In this document: positions 62,558 through 64,000 of the stretch, piece after piece
How the letters are laid out: every line of letters starts with the position of its first letter
Position numbering within the stretch: position 1 is the first letter of the stretch
Source: Octopus sinensis
Lineage: Eukaryota
Reading direction: 5' to 3'
NCBI RefSeq assembly: GCF_006345805.1
Contig: NC_042997.1
Coordinates: 108,376,001 to 108,440,000, forward strand
DNA length: 64,000 nt
Notes under the pieces: generated by a model
Told to the model about the DNA's origin: nothing
Databases searched by the model: none
Seen by the model: the letters and a program-made list of their open reading frames with translations, nothing else
Translations under genes and position numbers: made by a program

Positions 62558-63199
62558 TACATATACACATATATATCAATGTATGTCTTTGTGTCTATAA
62601 TTGTTCCCTACAACTGCTTGACAACTGATATTGGTGTGCTTATGTCCCCCATAACTTAGCAGTTTGGCAAACAAGATCAATAGAATAAGTACCAGGCTTT
62701 AAAAAAAATAAATACTGGGAACTAAAAATTCAAGGTGGTGTCCCAGCATGGCCGCCTTGACTAAAATAAGTAAAATACAAACAGATAAAAGAAAAGAGAA
62801 TAAAGGCATTAACACACATACATGCACACACACACACGTCTGTGACGTTCAGATCCACACTCTTTCTGTTAGTGTGGAGTGGCCTTCAGCAAGGGACATA
62901 ACTCTGCTCATTCCAGTTTACCATTTTCTGCTCCTGGCAGAAGATGGAGACCAACCCGAAGCTGTATTTCAATGACTGCAATCATATCATTTCATCAATA
63001 AAAACAGTATCAAATAAATTATTTAAAATGAGAAACCATTATTATCATTATTATTATTATCATTATTATTATTATCATCAACATAAGTAGTCTTTGAAAC
63101 TACTCACTATAATACATACATATAATACATACATATAATACATACATGATCATCATTGTTTTTTTTTTGCGCTGTCATGGGTTGGATGGTTTGGCGGCA

Positions 63200-63425
63200 A
63201 GCCAGCAGAAACGTTAGCACGCTGGGCGAAATGCTTAGCAATATTTTGTTTGCCGCTACGTTCTGAGTTCAAATTCCACCGAGGTCGACTTTGCCCTTCA
63301 TACTTTCTGGGTCGATTAACTAAGCACCAGTTACACACTGGGGTCGATATAATCGACTTAATCCGTTTGTCTCTCCTTATTTGTACTCTCTCTGTTTAGC
63401 CCCTTGTGGGTAGTAAAGAAATAGG
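63200..63425 (+). mobile_element. tRNA-derived SINE (family of 36290)
   Basis: cagcagaaacgttagcacgctgggcgaaatgcttagc...gaggtcgactttgcccttcat...ccccttgtgggtagtaaagaaata. Confidence 0.88.
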
Positions 63426-64000
63426 TTTGGCAAGAACAGATGAGCCAGAGGACTCCACCAGATTCTATGTCTGTTTTGGTATGGTTTCCACAGCTTCATG
63501 TCTTTCCTAATGCCAACCACTTTACAGAGGGTACTGAGTGCTTTTTACATGATACACACACACACACACATACACACACAAATACACAAACACATGCACA
63601 TATCTCTTCTATTCATCTTTTTTGGACATGTTACCACGAGAGTAGGTTTTGGTCCCTAGTCATTGCCATATTTACTTCTCTTTTTATGTCCACCTTCCAC
63701 ATCACTTTGATAGCCATAAAGTTCCTCCTCAACAATAAACCTGTTTCTACTCCCCACTCATCATCCTTTAATCTCTCAACTCCTTGCTTAAAGCAACCAC
63801 CCTCTTCTCCTACTCTCCCCCTCTAAGTCAAGTGGGTCCTTCGGTCTCGCAAGTTACAAGGTAACTTCGCTAATGTGGCTGTTGCCGCAAAAGTAGCAGC
63901 CATCGCTTCGTGCTGCAAAGGGATTAGGGTTGAGAAAGGCATCCAGCCATAGACACGATGCAAAGCTGCCAAAAAAAAAGGGAGCAGAACATGGTTTGTA

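Noticed and set aside
62853-62975. Cadherin-like peptide YHFLLLAEDGDQP
   Set aside because: Lacks LDRE/DxNDN motifs and convincing splice sites; likely chance.

Overview
Eukaryotic, AT-rich window packed with microsatellites and transposable elements. The SINE, RTE and Penelope repertoire points to an octopus (coleoid cephalopod) genome; this is inferred from repeat families. I see no prokaryote-style gene system and no CRISPR array, and most short ORFs in the track are translations of (TA)n/(TG)n/(CT)n/(TAGA)n repeats or of dead elements. Well supported: (1) a canonical tRNA-Phe(GAA) gene at 14457-14529 (-); (2) a frameshifted Ty3/Gypsy (CsRn1-like) element at ~9221-12840 (-), fused to an RTE LINE fragment; (3) a 5'-truncated CR1-group LINE at ~16590-18576 (+); (4) several RTE LINE copies and many of their truncated 3' ends, which carry a variable ~62-bp unit array; (5) a young Penelope-like element (RT + GIY-YIG) at 47521-51235 with ~1.3-kb inverted arms, each containing a hammerhead-ribozyme motif; (6) a 420-bp solo LTR with a GTAC target-site duplication; (7) an R4/Dong-like fragment, a mariner fold-back, Helitron ends and several tRNA-derived SINE families. 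One short candidate exon resembling the start of a RhoGEF DH domain (31538-31598, +) suggests the window may be mostly intron of a large host gene. Most worth following up: the hammerhead with a compensatory U3-A8 core and an obligatory-dimer stem III, a C4HC3 PHD-like finger inside the RTE reverse transcriptase, a palindromic NRF1/ETS-like cassette in the solo LTR, and a high density of fold-back structures.
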